DNA of 63,319 nucleotides, filler included, from Conidiobolus incongruus B7586 (GCA_000697335.1; 12 parts of 12 records of this genome joined end to end with filler, not necessarily neighbours in it), one strand, 5' to 3'; positions 30,488 through 43,248 are shown, counted from the first letter of the whole stretch. Notes: generated by a model not told the origin, from the letters alone. Numbers and translations: made by a program.

Positions 30488-31312
30488 TTATTTACCTACC
30501 AACTGACTGAGTAACTGGGAAGTATCAAAACCTGCAAGCTGAGCAATTTGACTGGCGTCCCAAGGACATTCGAAATCTTTACTACCTGAGAATTGGGGCT
30601 TGTAGCCGGTCCATTGGATGAGGGGGAGGTAAAGTGTGGCAGTGTAGTCGAGCTTGATGGGTTGGCGTTTGGAGGCGTCTGAAGTACACTTTTTGAGGAG
30701 AACTTGGAGACTTTTGAAGTTGATAGAGTTGGGATTATTGAGATCAAAGGAAAGGGTGAGAGGGATGTTGCTAGGGCCTGATGAACGTCCAGGAAAGTTG
30801 ATGGGGTTGGTTAGGTGGGAAGAGCCAGATGTCATACCGTCCAACTTAGTATCGATTTGAATGTCGTTGACATATATAGGGATATAGTTATCATTCACGT
30901 AGTTTATCGCAATGCTTAAGGGGAATTTAATAAGGCCATTATTGTTTTCAATACGACCTTGAAGGTTAGATGTAGAAGAAATGGGTGTTCCATCTTGATA
31001 AGTAATATCTTTGAATGCGAACTGAGGTATTCTAGGCCATAAAAAGTATACAGCTGTAGCAATACCTCCAATAAGGATCAGAATGAAAAGAGAGCAGCAG
31101 ATCGTGCCACGACGCGTGAGGCAGCAGTAGCAACAGCAACGATAGCACTTATTGCGTGGCTTCTTTTCAGTATCTTCGTAATTATAATCATCGTACTGAT
31201 TACTAGGGAATGTATTGTTCCTCTGATTTGTAGAATATTGATTAGTCAAGTCATTATTGTCTTTTAACATATGTTGAGTTGAAGGAGTTGCGTATTTGTT
31301 AGAATAACTCAT
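30488..31312 (-). CDS. Single-pass membrane protein with Cys-string and LEA_2/NDR1-HIN1-like domain, intronless, 274 aa
   Basis: Disordered N-terminus, CYRCCCYCC...ICC, TM helix, then FLWPRIPQF...NYVNDNYIPIYVNDI...FPGRSS..LLKKC..FECP, the layout of fungal LEA_2-type proteins. Confidence 0.75.
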   Translation of the reverse strand: MSYSNKYATPSTQHMLKDNNDLTNQYSTNQRNNTFPSNQYDDYNYEDTEKKPRNKCYRCCCYCCLTRRGTICCSLFILILIGGIATAVYFLWPRIPQFAFKDITYQDGTPISSTSNLQGRIENNNGLIKFPLSIAINYVNDNYIPIYVNDIQIDTKLDGMTSGSSHLTNPINFPGRSSGPSNIPLTLSFDLNNPNSINFKSLQVLLKKCTSDASKRQPIKLDYTATLYLPLIQWTGYKPQFSGSKDFECPWDASQIAQLAGFDTSQLLSQLVGK

Positions 31313-33716
31313 TTTTTAATTAATAAAACTTTATATAAATAAATAAAGAATAGAAATATCAGTAATAATTATATTAACTATACAAATCCACTAAAATTAA
31401 TACTTTAAATAATATGAAAACGAAATTTTCGTGATCTAATGAGTAAAGTGTTGAAAAAGTGATAATCTTTTTATTTATACCCTTGATTCAGATTTGAGAT
31501 GAGACAAATTCTATCTGGAAATTTTCATAAATCTTATTATACAGTATAAAAACCTCTTTGCAAAGTATTCAATTTTTAAGCGAATATTTTTTATGATAAA
31601 GAAATTTGAGTTTACATGAGCGCTGATTGGTGGAATAGAAAAAGGAGGAATTTCATGTCAGATCTGATTTGTTTAAGTTCACTCAACTGATGAATAAATT
31701 TAAGGTGCAGCTCCCAATTAGGCAATGGATTGAAGCCAAGGAGGGTGGTAAAGTGATAAATATAAATGAACTGCTGTGGAATTTGGGCAAATGAACCAAT
31801 CATCAAATCTTCATAATGTTAATAGATCCGAAGCTCTATTTCATAATTACAAAGGTATAAGTTCTAATTATAGTACATTTTCTGAAACTAAATTGAAGCA
31901 ATTTTAGCGAATTATTCTGTATTCTTTTTTGAATTTATGTTTTCATTTTCTTGGCTCTATTATAATTTATATTTTAACCTTCCTTTTTGATGTAATCACT
32001 GTGCTAATAAGTATAATTTATCAATTATATTTGTATATTAACTCCACTCTATTAAAGTTGAAATCCAGATCCCAACATTCGATTCATATAAATAGTATTT
32101 TTGATATATTACAACCAATCATTCTTTTAATTTGCTTTGATTTCATAATTTTCAATGATATAAATATGTATTGGACTTGAATAACTCTGTAAATTTTAGC
32201 CAAATCTACTAAATACACTACATTATGAATACAGAATCTTGAAAAAAATTCTTGTTTGATGAAATTTCCGATCCATCTATCACAAACTTTGCCAATAATA
32301 TCAAAATACATCATGCACCAGCTTTAGTAAAGTACAAAATTTTAATCATACATGATAAGTTAGTACAATGAATAATGAACCCCGTATAATCAATTTGAGG
32401 CAAAAATTTCCCAGGATCCTTGAAAGTATCAAACTCATTTGAGATAAATGAAATATTCAACCCTGAAGAATAAATTGAGAACAAAGTAACCTTATTTATT
32501 ATTCAAAATTTACAATCCACCATTTTAATAAAATCCTAAAGATCCTAAAATCTGACATTATTAATTATTTTTTGGTGTATAATTTGTTTAAATTAGTAAT
32601 ATTATCAAACCTGTTCCACTCCTAAATTTTTAAAGTAATTTATTTTATCAAATAAGTATCTTTGATTAAATAATATAAAAATTAACCCTTTATATAGTTA
32701 TATATTGATCTTGTTTTAATGAACTTGGAATATCATAAAAAATTTATGACATTAATAACAGATTTGTAATTTTATTAGAGTTAATTTTTTAAGTCTTGTA
32801 ATTTTAGCGATTAATATAATATGAAATTAAAGCAAATGTGACCTAATTTATAATGAATTCCATACCCAATATCCAATATTATATTCAATTCAATCAGGAA
32901 ATAAATTTAATATATTTCCAAAATTAACTCTATTAATTTTCAATACTTAGTCATAATGCTTTAAACAACTTGTACCAATTAGAAAGAAAATTTTGCCAAG
33001 GCATTGTTAAATTATATTAATAGCACTGTAATTGATTGAAAATTTAATACTGATTTCTCCCCTTTTTTAATTTAATGATGAACAAAATTCTTGGGTTTAA
33101 GTTGATTGTTATATTTTCAATGTATTATTTATTCAACCAGTAATCAATTGTGAAAAATGATAAATATAAAATAATGATATACTGATAATAAGAAATATTA
33201 AATGTATAAATTTTTATGTCAATTTATTAATTATATTAAATATTTTCCATCTTTACTATATTTAATATTTATTTAAACTTAGATATTTAAAAATTGATCA
33301 AATTTATTTAAAAATTTATAAAGATTAGAAAAAAATATTATTGGTGATATATTATAAAATATAAAAAATATATTTATCAATTAATTATTGATTTTATATT
33401 CTTAGATTTGGAATATTATTTATTTAATTATATATCCATTATAATTATAAATTCATATAGGATTGAATTTATTTTTATTTCAATTATTATTTTTAATTAT
33501 ATATTTTAATTTATTTAAAATTTTATTATCAATTATTGATAAATTTAAAATAAAAAATAAATCAACAATAATTATATTATATTATATTAAAAAANNNNNN
33601 NNNNNNNNNNNNNNNNNNNNNNNNNNNNNNNNNNNNNNTTAATTAATTAANNNNNNNNNNNNNNNNNNNNNNNNNNNNNNNNNNNNNNNNNNNNTATATA
33701 TATATATATATATATA

Positions 33717-35178
33717 CACTAATCTATAAAAATAGGTTATAAAATCAAAAACACTTATATTTTTACTAATAACTTAATTAATATTTAATAAAATAAACTT
33801 AAATTAAATAATTGACATCTATTATAATTATTAATAATATATATTATTATATAATAATATTTGAGTATTAATTAGTTAAAATATAAAGAATTAAATTTTA
33901 CCTAAGATAAGTTATAAATTTATAGGTTTTTAGTGATAAAAAAAATTAAAACTTAATATATTTATCTTAAGCTTTTCTAATTTCTTTAAGTTTGTAAGGT
34001 ATAAAATCAACTAACTTTTTATATTAAAAAAGGTTAATCTTATTTTATATTTCTTAAACATATTTTAAAGTTGATTTAAATTTTTTATTAGAGGGAAAGC
34101 TTTAATAGCTTTTTTTAACTAATCCTAAAGGTATTTAATTATGTTAAGGTTAAGAAATTGAAAAAGCTATTTTATAACTATTATCTTATTATTTTTAAGT
34201 TATTTGGTAATAAAAGCTATAGTATAATAAAAGGTATTATCTTACTAGAAAATAATATTAGATTTGTTTAACTTATACTATTTAATAATTTTTTTTAATT
34301 TATTATTTAAAATATGTTAATATATTTTAACATTAATTCCTTTATTATCTTTATAAAAATATTTTACATTTAAAGATAATATACAACTTTATATAATAAT
34401 TAACTTACTATTATATTTTTTGGTAAAATTAATATGATAGTTATAAAGTAATTTTATATCTTTTTTAAAGTATCTATTTTTTTTATTAAATTTACTAAAG
34501 TATATTTTTGTTTTATTAAACTAAATAACTTTACTTTAATTAGTTTTAGTTTAATATTAATAGTAACATTTAAACTCCTACCTAACTTTATAGTGGGATT
34601 TTTTTAGTTATAGGTGTTTTTTCTTAAAGTATAAGTGGTATCTATGTTAATATAAAGTATATATAATAATATTAGTGTTAACTAATATTTTTATATAGTT
34701 TTATAATTTTTATTATATTTCTACAATAGTATTATATTTGTTTATATTAACTAACCTATAAATATACTTCTTATTATATTTATTTATAATTTTAATATAC
34801 TTATGTTTAAATTTAAATATATTTTTATTTTTATTCTTCATAACTTTAACTATAGTAAACTAACTAACACTAGTAATTTTAATAATATTATAAGTTAATT
34901 TATTTGTTTTATAAAGTTAATTAATATACAAGTAGATTTTTTTAAAGAGGGATTTAGGTATAATAATACTAATAAAAAAATTTAGTATATTTATAAAATA
35001 TTATATAAAATAGTAACAAAGAGAGAAAAAAGATATAGTTATATATTGTTAATTTAATTTTTTTTTATTAAAAACCTATATATTTATAATTTACTTTAGT
35101 TAAATATTAAGGGTTAATATTTTTACTAATAGTTTACTAAATATATTTAAATATATTTATTTATAATTAAATAATATA
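33717..35178 (-). mobile_element. Tc1-like (DD34E) transposon copy 1, hypermutated; other end in gap
   Basis: Starts CACTAATCTATAAAAATAGGTTATAAAAT after (TA)n. Minus strand reads IIF**DNTFYYT...K*LFQFLNLNIIKYL*D, i.e. IIFQQDNAPCHT...WPxQSPDLNxIEHLWD after reversing C>T/G>A; D-to-E spacing 34. Confidence 0.82.
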
Positions 35179-35402
35179 NNNNNNNNNNNNNNNNNNNNNN
35201 NNNNNNNNNNNNNNNNNNNNNNTTAATTAATTAANNNNNNNNNNNNNNNNNNNNNNNNNNNNNNNNNNNNNNNNNNNNTTTTTAATTATCAAAAATTCCT
35301 ATTATTTATATTACAAAGTATTATTATTATTTTAAACTAACTTAATAATTAAAAATATTTAAAATTATTATAAATATAACTTACTAATGATAATTTATAA
35401 TA

Positions 35403-36675
35403 TTACTCTGTATTTTTAATAATGGGAATTTTTTGCAAATTAAAAATAAATGAATATTTTGATATATAATATACAAAAATAAATATATAATATAAATTGA
35501 ATAGTTTTTTTTATTATTAATAACTTTTTACTATATTTTTAATAAAGATCTAATATCTAAAAAATAGTTTTTTTATTAAAAATTGAAATTTGATATTTTA
35601 TAAACCAATTAAATTTTTTTGTAGAAATTTTCTTTCTTATAAACTGGTTTTTTAATTGCCTAAAGCAATTATAATTATATAGGTTATAATCTAAAAAATA
35701 TACTAGATGTGGTAGTTTTTTTAGATTATTTTTAATTAGAAAATATTTTATAGCTTTAGATTTATGAATTTTATAATTATCATGTAAAATAATAAGTTTT
35801 TTCAAATTATATTGAGAACACTAATTAAAAATACTTTTACTTAAAAAAACAATATAAAGTTTACTATTAATTAATTTTCCTTTAAGAACTAAATAAAAAT
35901 AGTATATACTATTATAATTTATTGTAATAATTAACATTCACTTATTAACAAAATATTTATTTAAAGGGATTTATACAAAGGGTTAATTTAGCTTAATCTA
36001 ACATTTTGATTTATATTTTAATAAAGAATTATACATAGGGATTTAAAATTCATTAGTTGTAATTATTCACTATAAAAGTTTAGGTTTCTAGTAATATTTT
36101 AGTAAGTTTAGTTTAACAATAGCTATTATAGCTTTTTTTTAAGCTTTAGTTAAATTATAAGGTACCTATTTTATATTTTTATTTAATAATTTGAGTTTAA
36201 ACTTTAATATATATAAAATACTTATAAAACTAATATTAAAATGCTTAGATAATTTTTTAACTGAAATAAAAAAGTGTTTTATAATATATTTTTTTATTTT
36301 ATTAACAATTGAAAGAGTAATAGTTAAAGTTAATCTTTTAAATTTTAACAGGTCTTAGATAGTTTCTTTTTTAACTTTAAAGTAATTTATCTAGCAATAA
36401 ATTATTAATTTAGATAATACCTTATTATTAAAATCTATTTGTAAATTTTAAATAATTGCAGAGGGGTTATAATTAAGTTTAACTAATACTAAAATAAAAA
36501 ACTTAATGATTATTATTTAGTTTAAATATAATTAAATTACACAACCAATTTTAAAAAGTTAATTTTTTTAATTAAAAAAATTATTATATATATTAGAAAT
36601 ATATAACTTCCTATTAACTTGGTATATATTTATTTATTTAAAATTAATAATAAGTTTGAAAAATCAGAAATTAAA
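35403..36675 (-). mobile_element. Near full-length mariner (DD34D), hypermutated
   Basis: TA plus TIR TTACTCTGTATTTTTAATAATGGGAATT matching the 20465 end; minus strand shows K*VPYNLT (WVPHxL motif), IITTNEF*I (TxDE-W) and IILHDN...PHLVYFLDYNLYNY; about 1.3 kb. Confidence 0.88.
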
Positions 36676-36775
36676 NNNNNNNNNNNNNNNNNNNNNNNNN
36701 NNNNNNNNNNNNNNNNNNNTTAATTAATTAANNNNNNNNNNNNNNNNNNNNNNNNNNNNNNNNNNNNNNNNNNNN

Positions 36776-37148
36776 GGCGAACGGGGGATGGGGGTATAGA
36801 TTCTCCACCAAATTAACACGTCTTGGGAAAGCCGCGTCCGGAATAGTATAAGTAAAAGAGAGAGATCTAGGGATTTCCAGGTAAAGGTTAGGGAGATAGG
36901 GGGTTTATTGATTTAAGCCAAATAGCTGGGAGGACCCAGATCAAACTCCTTCTCTGTAGTATAGCTCTGTTTCTGGGTTCTATATATAGTGCATAGAGTA
37001 GTAGGTTTCTGGAGTTTTCTGGAGGGTTGTATCATTAGCTGATTAAAGGATAGGGTTGAAGTGGTTGGTCACATGAGGGGGGGAATGACCCTTATATTCA
37101 GTTGAAGTAAGCATATTACGTGGGAGGAGAGTCACCTGACTCGTGACA
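36776..37148 (-). mobile_element. LTR of a second retrotransposon family (other end in gap)
   Basis: GC-rich, CpG-containing; minus strand begins TGTCACGAG, has TATATATAG (about 36985) followed by AATAAA (about 36905). Confidence 0.65.
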
Positions 37149-38065
37149 GTACTATAATGAACTAATATACTCATTCAATAAATTTAAATCACTATAAATT
37201 TGGGGAAAAATGAAATATTTCATTGTTTGATAAATTTGTATCAAAAATTACCTTGATCAATTGAATATTGTATTGAATGTGAAATTATAATATAAGTATA
37301 ATTGAATAAAATAATAACAGAAAGAGTAACCTAACAATATCAAATTTTCCCCTCTTTTATAAATTCCATTATCTCCAATCGTTGCAAATAATTTCGATAT
37401 TTTGATGCAAACTGTGTTCAAAATTCAATGACCAATTAATTGCTTGTTCATTAAATTTTGAGTTAAGATATTTATAAAATATTATACTATATTAAATTTA
37501 GACGAGATAAGCTAATTATTACATATATTATAATTTTTATGGTTATAATTGAATTTAAATATAATTTTTTTTCTTAAAATATTAAATTAAAATTGAATTT
37601 AATTTTTATTTTAGATAGACATTAGCAAAATTAAATTAAAAATTTTATTTAATATAATTTAATATCAGATTAATTAATTAGAAAAATTTCATATATACTT
37701 AAATAAAATAATATGATATTTACCTAAATTACCGATAAAACCATGACTTTGATTACATTCATATTGTATAATTACAATGTTATTAGAAATCAGATTCAGA
37801 TTTGATTATACCCTAACTTATTGTGATCATGAACCTTGGATTTGAATGTTAAAAAATTAAATAGGAATAAATTGCAGTTAGAAAAGTGATTTAAATATCA
37901 GTGAAAAAAAGATAGTAAATTGAACGAGGTTGAGTGTTTTGATGTATGAATAAGTAGAAATATATACTAGATAATTATATGATAGAAAATTAGTGAAAAT
38001 TGAAAAGAATGAAATAATAGGTAATATCATATTCAAAAAAAATTATTACATTATGAATAGTCTAT

Positions 38066-38343
38066 TGTGACAGATTTGACCCCATTTCTCCTAAGATTCA
38101 TAGCATTCTACCAATAGAATCATATGAAATGCATATAACTCTATCTCAATAATGGTACTATTGTATAAATATCATCTTTGGTACAATAAATGAAATAAAT
38201 CTTATACTTGTTCTTAACACATTTGTGTTGATTAGTAATCTGCCTACCAGTGTACAGTATAGTTCTAGTTGTACAGGTTATAGATTGGTGACAACTCCCA
38301 GTAGGTCTTGAATCCAGTGGTAATCTGACTGAAAACTGTAGTA
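38066..38343 (+). mobile_element. Putative solo LTR ending 10 nt upstream of tRNA-Lys
   Basis: Begins TGTGACAG; TATAAATA 38164-38171; AATAAA at 38185 and 38194; ends CTGTAGTA (degenerate inverted terminus); flanks CTAT/TTAC would both derive from CTAC by one C>T each. Last about 40 bp match the sequence upstream of tRNA-Val. Confidence 0.45.
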
Positions 38344-38353
38344 TTACTAACAT

Positions 38354-38426
38354 GCCCGGCTAGCTCAATCGGTAGAGCGTGAGACTCTTAATCTCAAGGT
38401 TGTGGGTTCGACCCCCACGTTGGGTG
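38354..38426 (+). tRNA. tRNA-Lys (anticodon CTT)
   Basis: GCCCGGC TA GCTC AATCGGTA GAGC G TGAGA CTCTTAA TCTCA AGGTT GTGGG TTCGACC CCCAC GTTGGGT G; canonical 73-nt cloverleaf. Confidence 0.97.
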
Positions 38427-39068
38427 TTTGTTCTTTAATTAGATTTTTTTAGTATTTTTATATTCTCTTTTGAAACTCTCAATACATTTAGATTCTCACA
38501 TAAACTATCAATTTTCTACTATTTTTTTATTTTTTCAAGGTCAATAAGTTCTTTTAACTTAATCTATTTTATTATAGTTTTTTCCTTTATTTTAAATTAT
38601 AATACCTTTGTATATATATATATTCATTTCAAAAATTTTAATTAATATCATTAATATAAAAAAGTTTTAATATATGCATTACCTTAGCTTTTTGCTTGAG
38701 ATATATTTGATTTAATATCATAAATAATATATATCAATTAATTTTACAGCTATCTTAATATTTTATTTATTGATAGTTATTATTCAAAATATTATCAATT
38801 ATTATTATTGATTTTAGGTATTTTAAAAATAATTCATAATTGAGAAATAAAAAAAATTTAAAATTAGAATAATAAATACTTTGTATATTAGTTTAAATTT
38901 ATATAATTCTGGTATAGCAAGATATAATATAAAACTAATATATCTATTTTCTATAAAAATATTAAATTAATCAAATCACTTATATATAACTATTATGAAA
39001 TAAATAGTTATAGGTTTTAATTTTTCAAAAGTATTTATTATTGTTAAATTTGATTATTTTTTATATTA

Positions 39069-39490
39069 TTAGTATGGGAATTAAAAAATGGCAAATTTTT
39101 TAATTTCTGATTTTTTAAATATATTATATATTATAAAAAATTATTTATATTTAAAATATATAGAAAAATAAATATTCTCAAACTATATATACTCGATTTT
39201 AACTATTTCTTATTAAAATATTTTGATTTTAAAATTTATATCTATATTTAATTATACTTAAATCAGATAGTAATTATCAAAAGGCTTTTATTTTTATATT
39301 TTTAAAACTTAACTATAAATTTTTTAAAGTTATCTAAAACTTATAAATAGTTTATAAAGATGGTGTTTTATTTAAAACTACCATATATCACTAAATTTAT
39401 AATTTTAAAGTTAGAAAAAATATTATTTAAAATTTATTAAAATCTAAAAAATTAATTTCTATTATTATTCATTTATTTATTAATAAAATA
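39069..39490 (+). mobile_element. Mariner 5' fragment (TIR plus HTH region), hypermutated
   Basis: TA plus TTAGTATGGGAATTAAAAAATGGCAAATTTT; colinear with the reverse complement of 36300-36675; reads VLFKTTIYH*IYNFKVRKNII*NLLKSKKL (degenerate W..F..G....D..SGRP). Confidence 0.65.
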
Positions 39491-39498
39491 ATTTAATA

Positions 39499-39988
39499 TT
39501 AGTGCAGAAATTAAGTAATGGCACAATTTTAAAATTAAAATTAAACAAATAAATTAATAAATAATATATAAAAATTAATGAATAATATAAAATTAATAGC
39601 CTCTTTTATTATTAATAACTTTTTTCTATACCTTTAGTAAGCTTCTAATACCTAAAAAATAGTTCTTTTTATTAAGGACTGAAATTTAATGTTTCACAAA
39701 CCAATTTAATTTGTTTGCAGGAATTTTTTTTCCTGCAAGCTGTTTTTTTAATTGTTTAAAACAATTATAATCACATAGATTATAATCAAGTGAATATACT
39801 GGATGTGGTAACTCCCTCTAATTTTTTTTATATAAAAAATCTTTTACAGCTTTAGCTTTATGTATTTTATAATTATCATACAAAATAATAGGTGTCTTTA
39901 ATTTATATTGAGAACACCATTTAGAAATTGTTTTATTTAAAAAAGTAATATATAACTTACTATTAATTGATTTTCCTTGAGGTATTAA
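39499..39988 (-). mobile_element. Mariner 3' part with TIR (rest in gap)
   Basis: TA plus TTAGTGCAGAAATTAAGTAATGGCACAATTTT; minus strand PIILYDNYKIH...*RELPHPVYSLDYNLCDY, homologous to 20063-20371. Confidence 0.85.
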
Positions 39989-40088
39989 NNNNNNNNNNNN
40001 NNNNNNNNNNNNNNNNNNNNNNNNNNNNNNNNTTAATTAATTAANNNNNNNNNNNNNNNNNNNNNNNNNNNNNNNNNNNNNNNNNNNN

Positions 40089-40561
40089 CCTCTACGTTCG
40101 GGACGAACGAAGGTAAAACAGAGGTATTGATGGGAATAATCCTGTCAATTACTCAAGAAACTCCGATTACCGCAGGATTCGAGAAGTCACATTGGAGATA
40201 TCACACCCCATGAACTAATTGATCCTATTACTTTCTGCCTGTAAGTTGTTCATGTCCACAAAAATCAACAATGGAACCTAATATAAGATTATCACAAGCA
40301 AACTAATAAACACATCTTCTATCTTCATTTTCAAAAGTATACCGTCTCTAAGTTTTTCTCGTAGCCCTCACAAAAGTGTTGAGTCGTGACGAGCGTGAGA
40401 TATTTACTTTATTCAAAGAACCCGATTCGTAACAAGTCATTTTCACCTACTTTGGTGAACCCCAATAATTTCCCTTAATTACGTGGTAATTTATCGTTTA
40501 CCACTGGCGATTCCCCGTTTAAGCTCGTAAAGCCCATTGTTGTCAGTGTTAACACCCGACA
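40089..40561 (-). mobile_element. Probable LTR of a third family (other end in gap)
   Basis: CpG-rich island ending abruptly in ...CACCCGACA (minus strand starts TGTCGGGTG) against AT-rich DNA; no ORF. Confidence 0.5.
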
Positions 40562-43248
40562 TAATATTAAAAGTAAATCAATTGGTTGGGTATTATAATT
40601 CCTTAGTTTACCAAATTCATTTATTTAATCTTCTTAAATATTAGTCGAGTTAAGTATCTTTAATAATTTAATATAACTCATAATTTATTTTTCTATTTTA
40701 AATTATATTAAATTTATACTTATTATATTTAATATGAAAACCCTTTATTTCATTAAGCTTAATGGTATTAATAATATATATAAATCCTTTATATTTTAAT
40801 TTAAAAATATATAATTTAAAATTATTGATTTATTGGTAATTCAATTACCAAAAAAACAAGTAATATTATTCTAATATTATTGAAATATTAAAACAAAGGA
40901 TACTCAGCCAATTTTGGATAAAATATTTGGAGAGAAATAAATATTTTCTAGATTAACTTGATAAATTTTTTAAATTTACAACGTTTTATTAGTGTATGAA
41001 ATCAAATATTATTATAAATATTGTTTCTTTAAATTGAGCATAATAAACATTATTCTATATACTATCTTAATTTAATCTATTTAATCAAATTTATTTTTTA
41101 TAGTAAAACCTTTAATATTGATTATTAATATTATTATTATGTACTTTAATATTGATATCTATTACATCAAAGCATCAGTGTAGATTTTACGCTATGTTAT
41201 GAATCACTATCAATCAGTAGAATATAACAACAGTTCAAATATTAAGATTAAAGTTAAATATTATACCAATGGTATATTGATTTTGTAATACTACATATTC
41301 AGAAAGCAATGAAAAAGCAAATTGCAATTAATTATTTCTAGAAAACTCATTTAATAACCAATTTATACAATAAAAGTTTACAACAAATTTTATTCAATAG
41401 ATAATTTAGAAATTGGCAAAACAAAAATCAATGTAAAGTAATATTTATGCTTCGGATTTACAGCTATATAAATCTCATACTTAGTTTATCTATTTGAAAC
41501 AAGGATATTTTTATATCTCTTGGATAATGTTATTATTTCCAATTCCTTGATTCACACTTTCACAATATTATATTAAAGAAATTTGTTATAAACTTATATC
41601 TAATTTCAATATTTTAAATTTGTGAATTATAAATTTAGTTTTTTTAAAGCTTCGGACATTTCATTTATTAATATTATGGTTGAGTTATATCAAATTATCA
41701 CTAGATTTAATATTATATTTTATATTTTTAATAAATGATCATTAAATCAATTTAATAATGATAAGGAAAATTATTTTATTGACTTAATATAAACACTCAA
41801 TGCTAAAAGTTTTTTCTAATTTTATAACCAAACTGTTGGATAATATTGTTGAATAATTGTAATATTAATTAAAGATAACAACTTTTATTTAAATTTACAT
41901 TTAGTCGAGTCATGTAATTATTAAAAATCAAATAGTCAAAGTCATTGATTTCCTTAATCATAATATAATATCAATATTTCAATCTTATTAAAGCATATTA
42001 ATATTTTGAATTATTAGAAATATTGTGGCAATACTCTGTTATCCGCACCATAGATTAGTGTATTTGTGATGTCTAAATCAGTATCCTTACACAAAATCTA
42101 ATGGTTACCTCAATTCTCTACCAATTAATGTTGCGTTTTATAATAAGATGGTTGATTGTAACTTATTTATTAATAATTTTATTTAAACAGTTCACTCAGT
42201 GAATTATATCCTTTAATTATGGACTTAGCCGCTAAAATGAGAGATAACATGAACTTAACTATCGAATCAAGACGGACGGGTATTTTCAAATTACAGCAAT
42301 ATATTTGATAATTATTGAATCAACTTGTCTATTAATCAAATTTGATGTTCAACAAAGAACATTGTAAAAATTTTCTATTCTTGACTTGAGTATTATAGAA
42401 AGATATAATGTAAATTACAGGGAAAAATGATTATAGGTTTGAAATATATGATAATCATTTTAATTATTACAATTATTATTTTATTTTTTTAATTATGATA
42501 CTAATCAAATTCTTATTTATATATTATTATTATTTATTATATATTCTAGTTTATAGTAATTTAATAATAACTATTAATAGGTATCTAATTAAATCAAACC
42601 TATAAATCTTTGAATATTTATTATTATTTTATCATTTTTAAACCAAATATATTAGTAATATTTTAATTTTAAAACTATTAATAAAATTTAAAATTATTTA
42701 AATTAGAAAAATATTACGATAGTATTTGAAATATGAGAAATTATTTAATTCCTGATTTTTTAAATATAATATTAGTNNNNNNNNNNNNNNNNNNNNNNNN
42801 NNNNNNNNNNNNNNNNNNNNTTAATTAATTAANNNNNNNNNNNNNNNNNNNNNNNNNNNNNNNNNNNNNNNNNNNNTTATATATTAATAATCTTTGATTT
42901 TAATCTTTTAATAATATAAAAGATATATCAATTTATAATCAATATTTATTGATATTTTTAGTATTATAATTTTTAGTTATAATATATTAACTATATTATA
43001 TAGTCAATAAAATAAATTTTCTAATATTTATATTCTCTAAGAATAAATATTTAATTTAATCTTATTATTTATAATTTGATATTCAAATTAGAAATTTTTA
43101 TTTAGCTAAAATTTTATTTTTATTAGATATTTAATAAGATATAATATTTACTAAGTTAAATTTCAAATTAATTATATAATTAGATTTATAATTATATATT
43201 TAAAGCTTTGATATTTTATATCAACTTATGGTTTTTTTAGTAAAGTTT

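Noticed and set aside
31612..32314. Fragmentary ORFs upstream of the LEA_2-like gene, faintly glycosyltransferase-like (EDLMIG)
   Set aside because: Could not build a consistent spliced model or confirm a family; may be a decayed pseudogene.
38141..38353. 70-aa ORF starting immediately upstream of tRNA-Lys on the opposite strand
   Set aside because: No protein-like signal; lies within the LTR-like unit.
40600..42776. Patches of coding-looking sequence (also 20500-21800 and 52800-54500)
   Set aside because: No sustained frame or credible splice pattern; cannot support a gene or pseudogene call.
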